NCBI GenBank assembly: GCA_965218795.1
Contig: OZ244653.1
Coordinates: forward strand, 2,944,001-3,008,000
Reading direction: 5' to 3'
From: a bacterium
GTDB lineage: Bacteria; UBA8248; JACPRG01; G963555815
Length of the DNA stretch: 64,000 bases
Shown: positions 38,757 to 49,050 of the stretch, piece after piece
How positions within the stretch are numbered: the first letter of the stretch is position 1
How the letters are laid out: each line of letters opens with the position of its first letter
The notes under the pieces: model-generated
What the model saw: only the letters and a program-made list of their open reading frames with translations
Databases searched by the model: none
Told to the model about the DNA's origin: nothing
Translations under genes and position numbers: made by a program

Positions 38757-39749
38757 ATGAAATTCGGTCTCGCCCCATGTCAGGAAAAAGCGCGCTGGGC
38801 GGAAACCGTCGAGCAGACGGTGAAGGCCGAGGAGTGGGGGTACGACTCGATCTGGATCTCTGAGCATCACAGCGTGGAAGAGGGTTACTACCCGTCGCCC
38901 TGGGTCGCACTGGCGGGGTTGGCGCCCCACACGAAAAACGTTCAATTGGGCACGGCGGTCGTCATCGCCCCTTATTACCACCCCTTCCACATTGCCGAAG
39001 ACGCGACCATGGTGGACGTCATCTCCGACGGGCGGTGCATCGTGGGATTGGGGGTCGGATACCGCGAAGAGGAGTTCGAGATTTTCGACGTCCCGATTCG
39101 GGAGCGCGGCGGGCGGACCGAGGAGGCGGCCCGAATCCTGCGTGAGTTGTGGGCCCATGACCGTATCTCCTTCGAAGGAAAGTACTACCAGTTGCGTGAA
39201 GCGTGTCTTCTGCCCAAACCTGTCCAGCGCCCCCGTCCGCCTATCTGGTTGGGAGGCTGGACCGAGCCCGCCTGCGCGCGCGCGGCGCGTCTGGCCGATG
39301 CCTGGTTTCCCGGCCCCTCCGCCGACCTGGAAAAGGTGAAGCGGGCAAACGGTTTCTACCGGAAAGCCCTTGCCGAGGCGGGGGAACAACATGAAAAGCG
39401 GGAATCCCCGTTAATGAGGGAATGCTTTTGCTGCAAGGACCAGGAAGCGGAAGCGCTGGCGCGGGAACGCCTCTTTCACATTTACACCGCCGATTACATC
39501 ACCTGGGGGCACACGACCACCACGACCGGCGAGGCGGAAGTCACCTTCGAGGGTTTGATGAAGGACCGGTTCATCGTTGGGTCCCCCGAGGCCTGCATCG
39601 AGGGTTTGGAAACCTGCGTCAAAGAGCTGGGCGTGGACCATCTGATTTTTCGGATGCACTTTCACAACATGCCCCAGCAGGCGGTGCTGGATTCCATGGA
39701 ACTGTTCGCGAAGGAATGCATGCCGTATCTCAAGAAGCAGTATCCCTGA
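38757..39749 (+). CDS. LLM flavin-dependent oxidoreductase (tandem paralog)
   Basis: Same length (330 aa) and motifs as the upstream gene. Confidence 0.92.
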   Translation: MKFGLAPCQEKARWAETVEQTVKAEEWGYDSIWISEHHSVEEGYYPSPWVALAGLAPHTKNVQLGTAVVIAPYYHPFHIAEDATMVDVISDGRCIVGLGVGYREEEFEIFDVPIRERGGRTEEAARILRELWAHDRISFEGKYYQLREACLLPKPVQRPRPPIWLGGWTEPACARAARLADAWFPGPSADLEKVKRANGFYRKALAEAGEQHEKRESPLMRECFCCKDQEAEALARERLFHIYTADYITWGHTTTTTGEAEVTFEGLMKDRFIVGSPEACIEGLETCVKELGVDHLIFRMHFHNMPQQAVLDSMELFAKECMPYLKKQYP

Positions 39750-39842
39750 TTCCGGTGAGGAGGAGAGGGCTTGCCGCTCAGCGGGAATTCTCGAGGACGC
39801 TGCCGGAATGTTCACGACTTGAATGATGGGAGTGCCTTAAGG

Positions 39843-40595
39843 ATGGCCGGAAGACTGGATGGACGCGTGGCTCTCGTGACAGGCGGCGCGCAGGGGATCG
39901 GACTGGTCTATTGCGAGGGATTGGCCAAGGAAGGGGCCAAAGTGGTCGTCAACGATCTCCTCGATTGCGCGGGGCCGGCGAATCAAATCAAGGAAGACAG
40001 AGGAGAAGCTATCGGGATTGAGGGAGATATCTGCGACCCCAAGGCGATGGATGCCGCCGTGAAGAAGACGGTCGATGCCTTTGGACGCCTGGATATCCTT
40101 GTCAATAACGCCGCCCTGTACGCCGGTATCCAGCGAGGCTCGATGTTCGACATCACACTGGAGGAATGGGAACGCGTGATGAAGGTCAATGTCATCGGGC
40201 AGATCGTGGCGGCCCAGGCCGTGGCCAGGCAGATGAAGGAACAAAAATACGGGAAGATCGTGAACATCGCTTCCGCTGTCGTGGACACGGGCATCCCCGC
40301 CTTCATCCATTACACGGCATCCAAGGGCGCCGTCTACGCCATGACCCGGGCCATGGCACGGGAGCTGGGTGCTGACGGGATCACCGTCAATTCCATTTCC
40401 CCGGGGTATGTGGATGTGACCTCGAACGATCCGTTGCCGAAAGATCGTCACGACGATAACATCAGGGTTCGGTGCATCAAGCGCAACCAGTACCCCGATG
40501 ACCTCGTCGGCACGCTCATCTATCTATCCTCGGCCGACAGTGATTTTGTGACCGGCCAAAACATCATTGTGGACGGCGGAATCGCGTTCGCCTAG
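39843..40595 (+). CDS. short-chain dehydrogenase/reductase
   Basis: TGGAQGIG, NNAA, YTASK. Confidence 0.93.
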   Translation: MAGRLDGRVALVTGGAQGIGLVYCEGLAKEGAKVVVNDLLDCAGPANQIKEDRGEAIGIEGDICDPKAMDAAVKKTVDAFGRLDILVNNAALYAGIQRGSMFDITLEEWERVMKVNVIGQIVAAQAVARQMKEQKYGKIVNIASAVVDTGIPAFIHYTASKGAVYAMTRAMARELGADGITVNSISPGYVDVTSNDPLPKDRHDDNIRVRCIKRNQYPDDLVGTLIYLSSADSDFVTGQNIIVDGGIAFA

Positions 40596-40680
40596 CGCGC
40601 GGGTGATTCTGTACTTGGGATTCAATCGCATTGCCGGGAGGCGAACCATTCAGAAAGCCCCCGGCAGAGGAGAAGGTCTG

Positions 40681-41433
40681 ATGGCTGGAAGGCTGGATGG
40701 AAAAGTTGCGGTGATCACGGGCTCGGCTCAAGGCATCGGCTGGGTCTACGCGGAAGCGATGGCGGAAGAAGGGGCCAAGGTCGTCATCAATGACATTACG
40801 GATTGCGAAGAGCCCGCTCAGGCCCTTCGTGATTCCGGGGCGGAGGCGATTGGGATTCAGGCGGACGTTACGGACCTCGGAGCGATGGAAGAAGCGGTCC
40901 AAAGGACGGTCGATGCGTTCGGAAGCGTGGACGTTCTGGTCAACAATGCCGCCATCTTTGCGGGTCTCCAGCGGAGGTCGTTCTTTGACATTCCCATGGA
41001 CGAATGGGACAAGGTCATTCACGTCAATATCACGGGAACCTTCGTTCCCATCCGTGCGTTTGCACAACAAATGAAGAAACAGGGGACGGGCAAGATCGTG
41101 AACATCTCTTCAGCCGTCGTCGCCACTGGAATCCCCGACTTCGTCCACTACACGACCTCGAAATCAGCGGTCATCGGGATGACCCGTGCGATGGCCCGCG
41201 AGCTGGGCCCCTCCGGCGTCAGCGTCAATGCCGTGATGCCGGGATACGTCATGGCGCCTTCGAATGAGGGCAACCCCAAATCCGTCGATGACATGAATGT
41301 TTCGAGGCGCTCGATTCAGCGCACCGGCTATCCGGCGGACGTCGTGGGAACGGTGCTTTATCTGTCCACCTCGGAAAGCGATTTTGTGACGGGTCAATCG
41401 ATCATCGTGGATGGAGGGATTTGCTTCGGGTGA
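40681..41433 (+). CDS. short-chain dehydrogenase/reductase (tandem paralog)
   Basis: TGSAQGIG, NNAA, YTTSK. Confidence 0.93.
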   Translation: MAGRLDGKVAVITGSAQGIGWVYAEAMAEEGAKVVINDITDCEEPAQALRDSGAEAIGIQADVTDLGAMEEAVQRTVDAFGSVDVLVNNAAIFAGLQRRSFFDIPMDEWDKVIHVNITGTFVPIRAFAQQMKKQGTGKIVNISSAVVATGIPDFVHYTTSKSAVIGMTRAMARELGPSGVSVNAVMPGYVMAPSNEGNPKSVDDMNVSRRSIQRTGYPADVVGTVLYLSTSESDFVTGQSIIVDGGICFG

Positions 41434-41598
41434 CGGTGTACGGAGCGGATGGAGCTATCCAGGCGTCCGATCACTCTTCAGTCGGAAGGTTTGCTTTGCA
41501 AGCGGAGCTGAGCGCCGCAATTTCAACCAAAAAGAAAATCATCGTTCTCTCATCGTGAGGGTTGTCTTCTATCTCTGACAGGGGCGGAGGATCTGAAA

Positions 41599-42591
41599 TT
41601 GTCTCGCGTACCGCTGACACTGGCCTGTTGGGATTACGATCGCACCCGCCCTCTGCGCGACGGGACGGTTCTAGTGGACGGTGTCGACCTGAATTATCTC
41701 CCGCTTCCGGTCGAAGAAATTTTTTGGCGGATGTGCCAGTTCGAGGAATTCGATGCGTCCGAAATGAGCCTGTCCGCCTATCTCCTGTACAGGACGCGAC
41801 CGAACCCGCCCTTCATTGCCATCCCCGTGTTCCCGTCCAGAATGTTCCGCCACGCATTTGTCTTCATCAATGTCCATTCCGGTATCCGACAACCCGAAGA
41901 CCTCAAGGGGAAGCGGCTGGGAATTCCCGAGTGGGCGATGACGGCCATTGTCTGGCTGAAGGGAACATTCCAGCACGAGTACGGCGTAAAGCCTGAGGAT
42001 GTGGAATTCCGTGTGGGCGGGTTGGAAAATCCCGGACGCAAGGAGCGGCTCGAAATTGCTTTGCCGGCGGGCGTCAAGGTCTCAGAAATTCCCGAAGACA
42101 GGACGCTCAGCGATGAACTGGACGAGGGGGGGATCGACGCGCTGTTCACCTCTCGGATCCCCCGATGCTTTCGGGAGGGGTCGCCCAACGTGCGCCGCCT
42201 CTTCGAAAACCACAAACAGGTCGAGATGGATTATTTCAAGCGGACGGGGATATTCCCGATTATGCATACCGTGGTGATCAAAGAAGAGATTGTTCGGGAA
42301 CACCCTTGGATTACGCAAAACCTCTATAAGGCGTTTTGCGAGGCAAAGGCAATTGCGGATGAATGGTTGCGCGACACCCAGGCCATTCGTTACACGCTCC
42401 CGTGGCTTCTGACGGAAATAGAGGAGGAAGAAGCGCTCATGGGGAAAGACTTATGGCCTTATGGCGTTGAAGAAAACCGCAAAACGCTGGAAGCCCTGAT
42501 CCGGTATTCCATCGAGCAAGGACTGGCCGAGCGGGAGATCCCGATCGAAGAGCTATTTCCGGAGAATACACAATCGCCTTTCAGGGTTTAG
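41599..42591 (+). CDS. 4,5-dihydroxyphthalate decarboxylase-like protein
   Basis: LACWDYDRT, FDASEMSLS, PVFPSRMFRH, GIFPIMH, WPYGVEENR. Confidence 0.85.
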   Translation: MSRVPLTLACWDYDRTRPLRDGTVLVDGVDLNYLPLPVEEIFWRMCQFEEFDASEMSLSAYLLYRTRPNPPFIAIPVFPSRMFRHAFVFINVHSGIRQPEDLKGKRLGIPEWAMTAIVWLKGTFQHEYGVKPEDVEFRVGGLENPGRKERLEIALPAGVKVSEIPEDRTLSDELDEGGIDALFTSRIPRCFREGSPNVRRLFENHKQVEMDYFKRTGIFPIMHTVVIKEEIVREHPWITQNLYKAFCEAKAIADEWLRDTQAIRYTLPWLLTEIEEEEALMGKDLWPYGVEENRKTLEALIRYSIEQGLAEREIPIEELFPENTQSPFRV

Positions 42592-42704
42592 GCTTCCCCT
42601 CTCAGCCCTGCTGCATTCGCCCGAAATTCCGCCTCTTGCGGTTGTCACCAGAAATCTCTGAACCTTCTGTCGTCACTGTGACAGTAGCATCCTGAAGGTC
42701 GGGC

Positions 42705-42870
42705 TCAGCGGCAAAGCTGTTTTTGTCCTCCTCCACAGAGGATGCCGACGTCTTTCTCGTCCTCCGAGTCTTCGCCCCCGACGGGGAAGAAGTCTTTTTT
42801 CAGGGCCAGAGCGATCCTCACACGCCGATTGGCCAAGGCTGGCTGCGGGCGTCGCACCGGAAGCTCGCCC
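42705..42870 (+). pseudogene. internal fragment of a CocE/NonD-family hydrolase C-terminal domain
   Basis: AKLFLSSSTEDADVFLVLRVFAPDGEEV...GQGWLRASHRKL. Confidence 0.7.
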
Positions 42871-42892
42871 CGAGCGTCACGCCGATTGCGCT

Positions 42893-43603
42893 TCATCCTG
42901 ACCCTTCCATCCTGATCGGGATGGAGTCCATCAGCCGGAGCTCTCTCCTGGTTATCCTGCAGGTGAGGGCTTTCACCGTCACCCCCCACCCAACGGCCTC
43001 CCTGAGCGCTTGGCTGAATTCCGCGTCATTCTCGTCATTGGCGGAAAAAGATATTGCATCGGACCGGGCGACGACGAACAGAATCGCGGCTCGGTCGCCG
43101 CGGCGGACCCTTTCGGTCAAGTAGCGCAGGTGCTTCGTACCGCGTGGCGTGGGAGCATCCGGAAAGAGCGCGACGCCATTCTCCACCAGCGTGACGCATT
43201 TGGTTTCAACGAGACAGGGCGGGATCCCATTCCCTTCAAAAAGAAAGTCGAGCCGTCCCGCCGGAATGCGAGGTTCGGGGACGGCAATCGAATAGGTTTC
43301 AAACCCGGGCAGGACTCCGTCTTCCACCGCTTCCTTCACCAATCGGTTGGGGTTCCGGGCATCCACACAGACCCAACCCCGGCCTTCGGGCCGCCCTGCA
43401 AGCAGGAGGTCGTAGCGGGTCTTGCGGTTTGGACCTGCAACGGGCAGGAGGAGAACGCGGTTGCCCGGGAAGAGGAGTTCGCCCAGCCGTCCGGAGTTTG
43501 GGACATGGACGGCCGACACCTTGCGTCCGATGCGAACTTCCGCTCGAAATCGGTTCGCCCGACGGAGGAAGACTCCCTCGACCGCAGTCGCTGGAACCCG
43601 CAT
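42893..43603 (-). CDS. sfsA: SfsA DNA/RNA nuclease
   Basis: RRANRF, HVPNSGRL, RLDFL, VETKCVTL, FPDAPTPRGTKHL. Confidence 0.92.
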   Translation of the reverse strand: MRVPATAVEGVFLRRANRFRAEVRIGRKVSAVHVPNSGRLGELLFPGNRVLLLPVAGPNRKTRYDLLLAGRPEGRGWVCVDARNPNRLVKEAVEDGVLPGFETYSIAVPEPRIPAGRLDFLFEGNGIPPCLVETKCVTLVENGVALFPDAPTPRGTKHLRYLTERVRRGDRAAILFVVARSDAISFSANDENDAEFSQALREAVGWGVTVKALTCRITRRELRLMDSIPIRMEGSG

Positions 43604-43617
43604 AGGAAATCGGTTCT

Positions 43618-43839
43618 TTAGAAATAGCTCGCCAGAATCGGCGCTAGAATCAATGCCGGAAGCAGGTTCGCCACACGGATCTGCTTGATGTCCAGAAGCA
43701 GCAATCCGATGGCGAGGCTGGCCAATCCTAGTCCGTGCAGAACGATTTCCCGCGCTCTGTCGGGTAGATGCTTTCCCACGGCAAGGCCCAAGGCGGATCC
43801 CGCTAGGACCGCGGCCGCGTTGACGATGGTTCCCGTCAT
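43618..43839 (-). pseudogene. DUF554-family membrane protein with large in-frame internal deletion
   Basis: Family N-terminus (GTIVNAAAVLAGS) joined to C-terminus (IRVANLLPAL) in only 73 aa. Confidence 0.75.
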
Positions 43840-43864
43840 CGCGCACCTCGTATCTGTTCAGAAA

Positions 43865-45190
43865 TCAGGAAGGCAATTGTGAATCGGCCGTCGTATTCTG
43901 ATCGGCCCGGGCGATGGGACGCACCTTCCGGGGTGCGGCAACCCATATTCCGATCACGGTCAATATATAGATCGCGAGGAGTCCCTGCAGAGCGGGAAGA
44001 TAAGTTCCCATTCGATCGTATGCGAGACCGACCAGCCAGGGCCCAAGGGCCGCTCCAATCCCCGTCCCCGTCTGAATCAATCCGAAGATGACGCCGAAAT
44101 TTTTCCCATGGAAGATATCGGCCTTGAGGGACGATGAGATTGTCCCTGTAGCTCCCGATCCCAACCCATGCAAAATGGCGAAGGCGTAAAGGATCAAAGG
44201 TGCCCCCGGTTGCGCGAAAATCAAGGCCATTGTGCCGACGAAGGTCAAGAGGCTGAATACGGTGACTCCCATCTCGCGGCCGAAGCGGTCAGAGAAATAC
44301 CCGCCGAGAATTCCGCCTCCGGAACGGAAAGCAGCGCTGAGGCCGAAGATGGTTGCGGCAAAGAGATTCGTAAACCCCACGTCGCCGATATAGGCAACGG
44401 TGTGAACCAGAAGGCCGGAAAAGCCAATCCCGCTGATAATGCCGACAATCGCGAGGGTCCAGAACCGATGGGATCGCAAAGCTTCAGCCAGTGTGGGGCC
44501 GGTCACGCTCGGTCGAGTTTCGCCCTTTACGGGAGGCTCATGGTCCGGATCGCCGAGCCGGGTCAACCCCTTGTCCGCCGGATGGCCCCGCTGAAAGATG
44601 GCCAGAAGCGGAAAGAGAACGACAAATACCAGCAAGCCTAAAAAGAGATAGGCGTTTCGCCAGCCGACGGTTTGGATCGCATACTGGATGAGAGGAAGCA
44701 GAATCAGTGCTCCAATTCCCCGTCCTGCGTTTGCGATCCCCAGGGCAAGTGCCCGGTGGCGAAAAAACCAGTTGGAAATGATGAGCACATTGGGGATGAA
44801 GCCGATATGCGTTACACCTATGGCAAGCAAAAATCCGTAGAAAAAATAGAGATGCCAAAGTGAAGTAATGAGGCTGGATCCCATCACCCCCGCGGTCAGG
44901 ATGACCACGCCGAACGGCATGACCTTTCGGGCCCCGAACTTGTCGAAGAGCCAACCCACCAAGGGACCGCAGGCACTGAAGACCAACATGCTGAGGGAGA
45001 AGGCGCCTGCGGTATCCGCCCGGCCCCAATGAAAGGTATCCAGGATGGCAACGTAAAAAATCGAAAAGGAGCCGTTCGTCGTCCCCCCCACGGCCAACGT
45101 GAGGAAACAGATCCCCACGATCGTCCATCCGTAGTAAATTCGAGGTTTAGGCGGAGAGAGGGCGGACTCGGTCAAGGGCGGCCCCTTCAT
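43865..45190 (-). CDS. MFS transporter
   Basis: About 12 TMs, GWLFDKFGAR and SDRFGR motif A. Confidence 0.92.
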   Translation of the reverse strand: MKGPPLTESALSPPKPRIYYGWTIVGICFLTLAVGGTTNGSFSIFYVAILDTFHWGRADTAGAFSLSMLVFSACGPLVGWLFDKFGARKVMPFGVVILTAGVMGSSLITSLWHLYFFYGFLLAIGVTHIGFIPNVLIISNWFFRHRALALGIANAGRGIGALILLPLIQYAIQTVGWRNAYLFLGLLVFVVLFPLLAIFQRGHPADKGLTRLGDPDHEPPVKGETRPSVTGPTLAEALRSHRFWTLAIVGIISGIGFSGLLVHTVAYIGDVGFTNLFAATIFGLSAAFRSGGGILGGYFSDRFGREMGVTVFSLLTFVGTMALIFAQPGAPLILYAFAILHGLGSGATGTISSSLKADIFHGKNFGVIFGLIQTGTGIGAALGPWLVGLAYDRMGTYLPALQGLLAIYILTVIGIWVAAPRKVRPIARADQNTTADSQLPS

Positions 45191-45364
45191 CTCGTTGAGA
45201 TCTGTGACACCGGACGATGGATTGGTTGAGCGTCGGGCTTTTGGCGTGTACGGGACTCAATGATTCATCCTACGAGCAGCCCATGCCGGGACCGCCCGGG
45301 ATGTCGGATGCGTGATGGGTCGAATTTCTAGAAGATGGAGCGTCTCGGAGGGGCGCGCCTTGTT

Positions 45365-46465
45365 TCAAACCCTCATGGGCATGACGACACAGAAATAATC
45401 CTTCTCGCCACTGGGCGCAATCAGCGTAGAGCTTAATGAATCCTTGAGGTCGATTCGAAGCTTCTCATCCTCAACCACAGACAAAAAGTCGAGAATATAT
45501 CGCGAATTGAACCCGATGGTCATCTCCTCGCCCTTATAGTCGATCTCAACCTCTTCGTTCGCCTCTCCCACTTCGGACGTATCGCTGATCATGGAGAGAA
45601 GCCCTTCCTGGAATTTGAGCTTGACCATTCGGGATTTCTCGTTGGCCATCAAGGAAACGCGCCGCAAGCCGCCTACGAAATCCTCTTTGGAGACAGTCAC
45701 TCGTTTGTCGTTTGCCTTGGGGATGACCTGTTGATAATTCGGGAACTGGCCTTCGATGAGCCGCGAAACCAACACCATCGAATCCAATTGAAACAATATG
45801 TGGTTTTCCTGCCGTTGAAATTGCGCGGTCTCGACGTCGTCCCCCAGGACCTTCAAAAGCTCCTGGATCGCCTTGCGATGGATGATGATCCCGATATCCT
45901 CCGTCAGGCTCTCGAATGACTGTGAGATACAGGCCAGTCGGTGTCCGTCTGTCGCCACAAGACTGAGCGTTCCCCCCTTTGCCTCGAAGAAAATACCGTT
46001 CAAGGCCGTCCGGGTTTCGTCCGAGGAAATCGCAAACTGGGTTTTCCGGATCATCTGGCCAAAATCGCCGGCCGGCAGAGGGATCGAGGGGGTATCGTTG
46101 AATGTGGGAACTTTCGGAAATTCATTGGGGTCCAAGCCCGGAAACCGAAATTTGGATCGGGCACAAGTCATTCGAACCCAATGGTCCTCGTCCGCTTCCA
46201 GATGAACCTCTGATTCCGGGAGTTCCCGGACGACATCAAAAACCTTCCGAGCCGGAAGGGTCACTCGTCCTGGCGTACTCACCTGGCCTTCATAGCTGGC
46301 TCGCAGGCTGATATCAAGATCAGTAGCCGACACCCAAACGGTTCCATCTTCCCCCTCCAGCAAGAGGTGTTGGAGGATAGGCATCGCGCTGCTCCGGCTC
46401 TCTGCGATTCCTTGCACGCGCGAAAGGGCCTTCTGAAGTTCGGCCTTCCCAATTGTTACGTCCAT
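45365..46465 (-). CDS. dnaN: DNA polymerase III beta sliding clamp
   Basis: ATDLDI, VATDGHRL, SRLIEGQFPNY, GFNSRY, VVMPMR. Confidence 0.96.
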   Translation of the reverse strand: MDVTIGKAELQKALSRVQGIAESRSSAMPILQHLLLEGEDGTVWVSATDLDISLRASYEGQVSTPGRVTLPARKVFDVVRELPESEVHLEADEDHWVRMTCARSKFRFPGLDPNEFPKVPTFNDTPSIPLPAGDFGQMIRKTQFAISSDETRTALNGIFFEAKGGTLSLVATDGHRLACISQSFESLTEDIGIIIHRKAIQELLKVLGDDVETAQFQRQENHILFQLDSMVLVSRLIEGQFPNYQQVIPKANDKRVTVSKEDFVGGLRRVSLMANEKSRMVKLKFQEGLLSMISDTSEVGEANEEVEIDYKGEEMTIGFNSRYILDFLSVVEDEKLRIDLKDSLSSTLIAPSGEKDYFCVVMPMRV

Positions 46466-46551
46466 ATCTCCTCCGGCAGAAGGGGGTTGTCTCCAGAACG
46501 GATCGAAAAAAACAGGGTGCACCGGGCGACGCAATGCGTCCATTCGTTCTT

Positions 46552-48590
46552 CTATGGCTTTTTCCCTTTGGGCATCAGTTTTGGAAATGTCACCTCGCTG
46601 CCCACGGTCACCTTGGACCGAAACAGATCAGGATTATATCGGGCCACGACCCAATATGGAACTTCATACTTATGGTGAGCGAGTTCCCAGAGGCTCTCAC
46701 CCTTTTGGATGGTGTGGTGGAAGGTTCCAATCACCCTGTACCGCTCATGAAAATCATCTTCCAGACTTTTATGATATTCCAATCGCCTGTTTTCAAATTC
46801 TTCCCGGGTTGCGCGGCGGAAGCTCAGTAAGAGTTTCTGACCCATCCGAATGGCCCGCCCCGGGCGCAGTCTGTTGAGACGCCGTAGGACCCTTGGGCTT
46901 GTTTTCAGCCATTCGGCGAAATGACCCAGGGTTTCCTCCGCTTCCACCCGCGTCCACCCCCGTCCGGGCGATCGGCCCGTCACCCGAACCGAGGGCAACT
47001 TCTTCCACTCCGGCCATTCTACATCTTTTGACTCCGCCGTCTTCTTCCCTTCGGAGAAAGGCTTTGAAACGGCGGGAGGACTCTTGGCAGCGGATTCGGA
47101 CGATTTGGGTTCGACAGGTTTCCCCCCCGGCCCAGCGGCCCAGGCGGTCGCCAATTGGATACCGGGTGCTTTCTTCGCCGTACCGGCGCCCTTGAGGGTT
47201 TCCTCCGATTTCCGCAGGCGCGGGGTTTTTGATACAGGGGAAGGTCGGGTCGTGACGCTCTTTACCCCGGGGATAGACAGAATTTTCCCAGCGCGAATCC
47301 GGGAGATATTTCTCACATCGTTCACTGCGGCCAGCGCCCGGACCGTTGTCTTGAATCGCCGTGCGATCAACCCCAACGAATCGCCTCGTCTCACGCGGTA
47401 CCAGCGGATCCGCTTTTGATCGCTTCGTTTCAACTTTGCGGGCAAAGAAGCATAGCGCTGTCGCAGGCGGCTCAATCGGCCGGCGGGTACTCGAAGCAAG
47501 TACCCCTTGGGGATATGCCGTTCCCCCCTTAACACCGGTACACGGAGTCCTGGATTATAGTTTTTCAGTTCTTGAAAGGTCAGGAGGTCTCGACCTGTTA
47601 TTGCCTCCGCGGATACATACGCCGGCATTCGGAAGGTTTCATAGCGTCGCGGTCTCTGCTTTTGAATGGGTCCGAAGTGACGTCGGGCTCTTTTTGACAC
47701 CCTTCGCGCCGCGAGAAATTCTGCGTAGAAATTCCTGGATGCAAACCCGAAGGTTCGCCCACTGTATTTCCTGATGATGGTGGGAAGATGCTTCGTGCCC
47801 ACCTGGCGGACTGCGCGCGCCATTCCCGCACGGCCGTGATTGTAAGCCGTAACCGCAAGCGGCCAGCTCCCCAGTTCCTGATAATTCTGTCGGAGAAGCT
47901 TAGCGGCCGCGTGCGTGGCCTTTATCGGGTCTCGGCGCTCATCCACGTCATAGTTGATCTTCATGAACAAGCGGCCCGTGGAGCGCGTAAACTGCCAGAC
48001 GCCGACCGCACCGAGGCGGGAGTATGCTCGGTAATTGAAGGAAGATTCCACGTGGGGAAGGTAGGCAATATCCGCCGGAAGGCCGTGCTTCTTAAAAATC
48101 CTTCTCATCTCCTGGATGTAGAGTCCTGACCAGGCGATCCCCTGGGGCGAAACTTTTCGCGCAATCCCTGCTGGGCTCGCACATTTCGGGCAGCCCGTCG
48201 AAATGACCGTCTTTTCCGTCGGAGTTCCCTGTAGATTCTCTGTTGCTTCCGGGGAAGCTTTTCGATGTTCGGTGTCTTCTTGGACCATCGGAGGAGAAGA
48301 GCCGCGTAGCGGGTTCGGGCGCGTTTTGCATTCCTCCACCTTATTTTTTCGCCTCTCCGGCCGGACCCTTCACTCAGGTCAACCACGTCATAGACGAGAC
48401 TTAGATGCTCCGCGTCGTGGATGACCGCTTGGCTTCGGCTGTATTTCGTGAAGATGCCGACCCAGAATTCGACAGCGTCTTCCAGCCCCTTGGGGACAGG
48501 AAACGGGTCCTTCGCCGATGCCGTCCCTATCCAAAAAAGAAACAATAAGGATGCCAGGGCAATTCGTGATTTCCACGATCCGATTTGCAT
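46552..48590 (-). CDS. LysM-containing lytic transglycosylase (MltD-like), frameshifted near 48150
   Basis: Signal peptide; HVESSF, GVWQF, AYNHG; three LysM-like repeats; frame break in CCCC/GGGG runs. Confidence 0.85.
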
Positions 48591-48796
48591 GGCGATGGGT
48601 TTCCTGCCGGGCGGGTTGTCTCGGCAAGGGGCCGACTTGAGTGAACTGAAAATTCGGTTGCCAAATGTGCTATAAGGGAAAATAAGGTAACAAATCACAT
48701 GCCAAAGCGTCAAGAGAGTTTATAAGTTTATTAATAAAATCCATTGTTTTCAAACCTCCAAGATGAATCGATTTTGTCTTCAGCCAATTTTCTCTC

Positions 48797-48826
48797 TTGA
48801 CATTGGGTCGGCTCAGACCGTAATGT
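48797..48826 (+). promoter_or_regulatory. sigma70-like promoter
   Basis: TTGACA-18-TAATGT upstream of the sORF. Confidence 0.5.
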
Positions 48827-48855
48827 GAAATCAACGCGGGAAAGGAGGTGATCGA

Positions 48856-48900
48856 TTGAAAAAGTCTTCATGTAGCGATCGCGAGGTGGCCGAGGTCTGA
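48856..48900 (+). CDS. 14-aa small ORF MKKSSCSDREVAEV
   Basis: TTG start just after AAAGGAGGTGATC (full anti-SD complement); TGA at 48898-48900. Confidence 0.55.
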   Translation: MKKSSCSDREVAEV

Positions 48901-48958
48901 CGACCTAACCCGGTGTTAGCCGGGCAGGCGCCCAGGCTAATCTAAGTCGGCACCACCG

Positions 48959-49012
48959 AAAAATCCCCGGGCGGTATGGCCTATGAGACCTTTCGCCGGG
49001 GGATTTTTTTTG
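48959..49012 (+). terminator. long intrinsic terminator
   Basis: AAAAATCCCCGG...CCGGGGGATTTTTTTT. Confidence 0.75.
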
Positions 49013-49015
49013 TGC

Positions 49016-49050
49016 TTGACTTTCGTTCTCATTTCGAAAAAAATACGTTC
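49016..49050 (+). promoter_or_regulatory. lexA promoter with candidate LexA operator
   Basis: TTGACT followed by TTCG-N7-TTCG (11-bp period). Confidence 0.4.

Noticed and set aside
48690-48790. AT-rich tract as oriC near dnaN
   Set aside because: No TTATCCACA DnaA boxes or dnaA seen; more simply a divergent promoter region.
48841-48853. Minus-strand GATCACCTCCTTT identical to the 16S rRNA 3' end
   Set aside because: Adjacent sequence is not 16S; better explained as a plus-strand Shine-Dalgarno.
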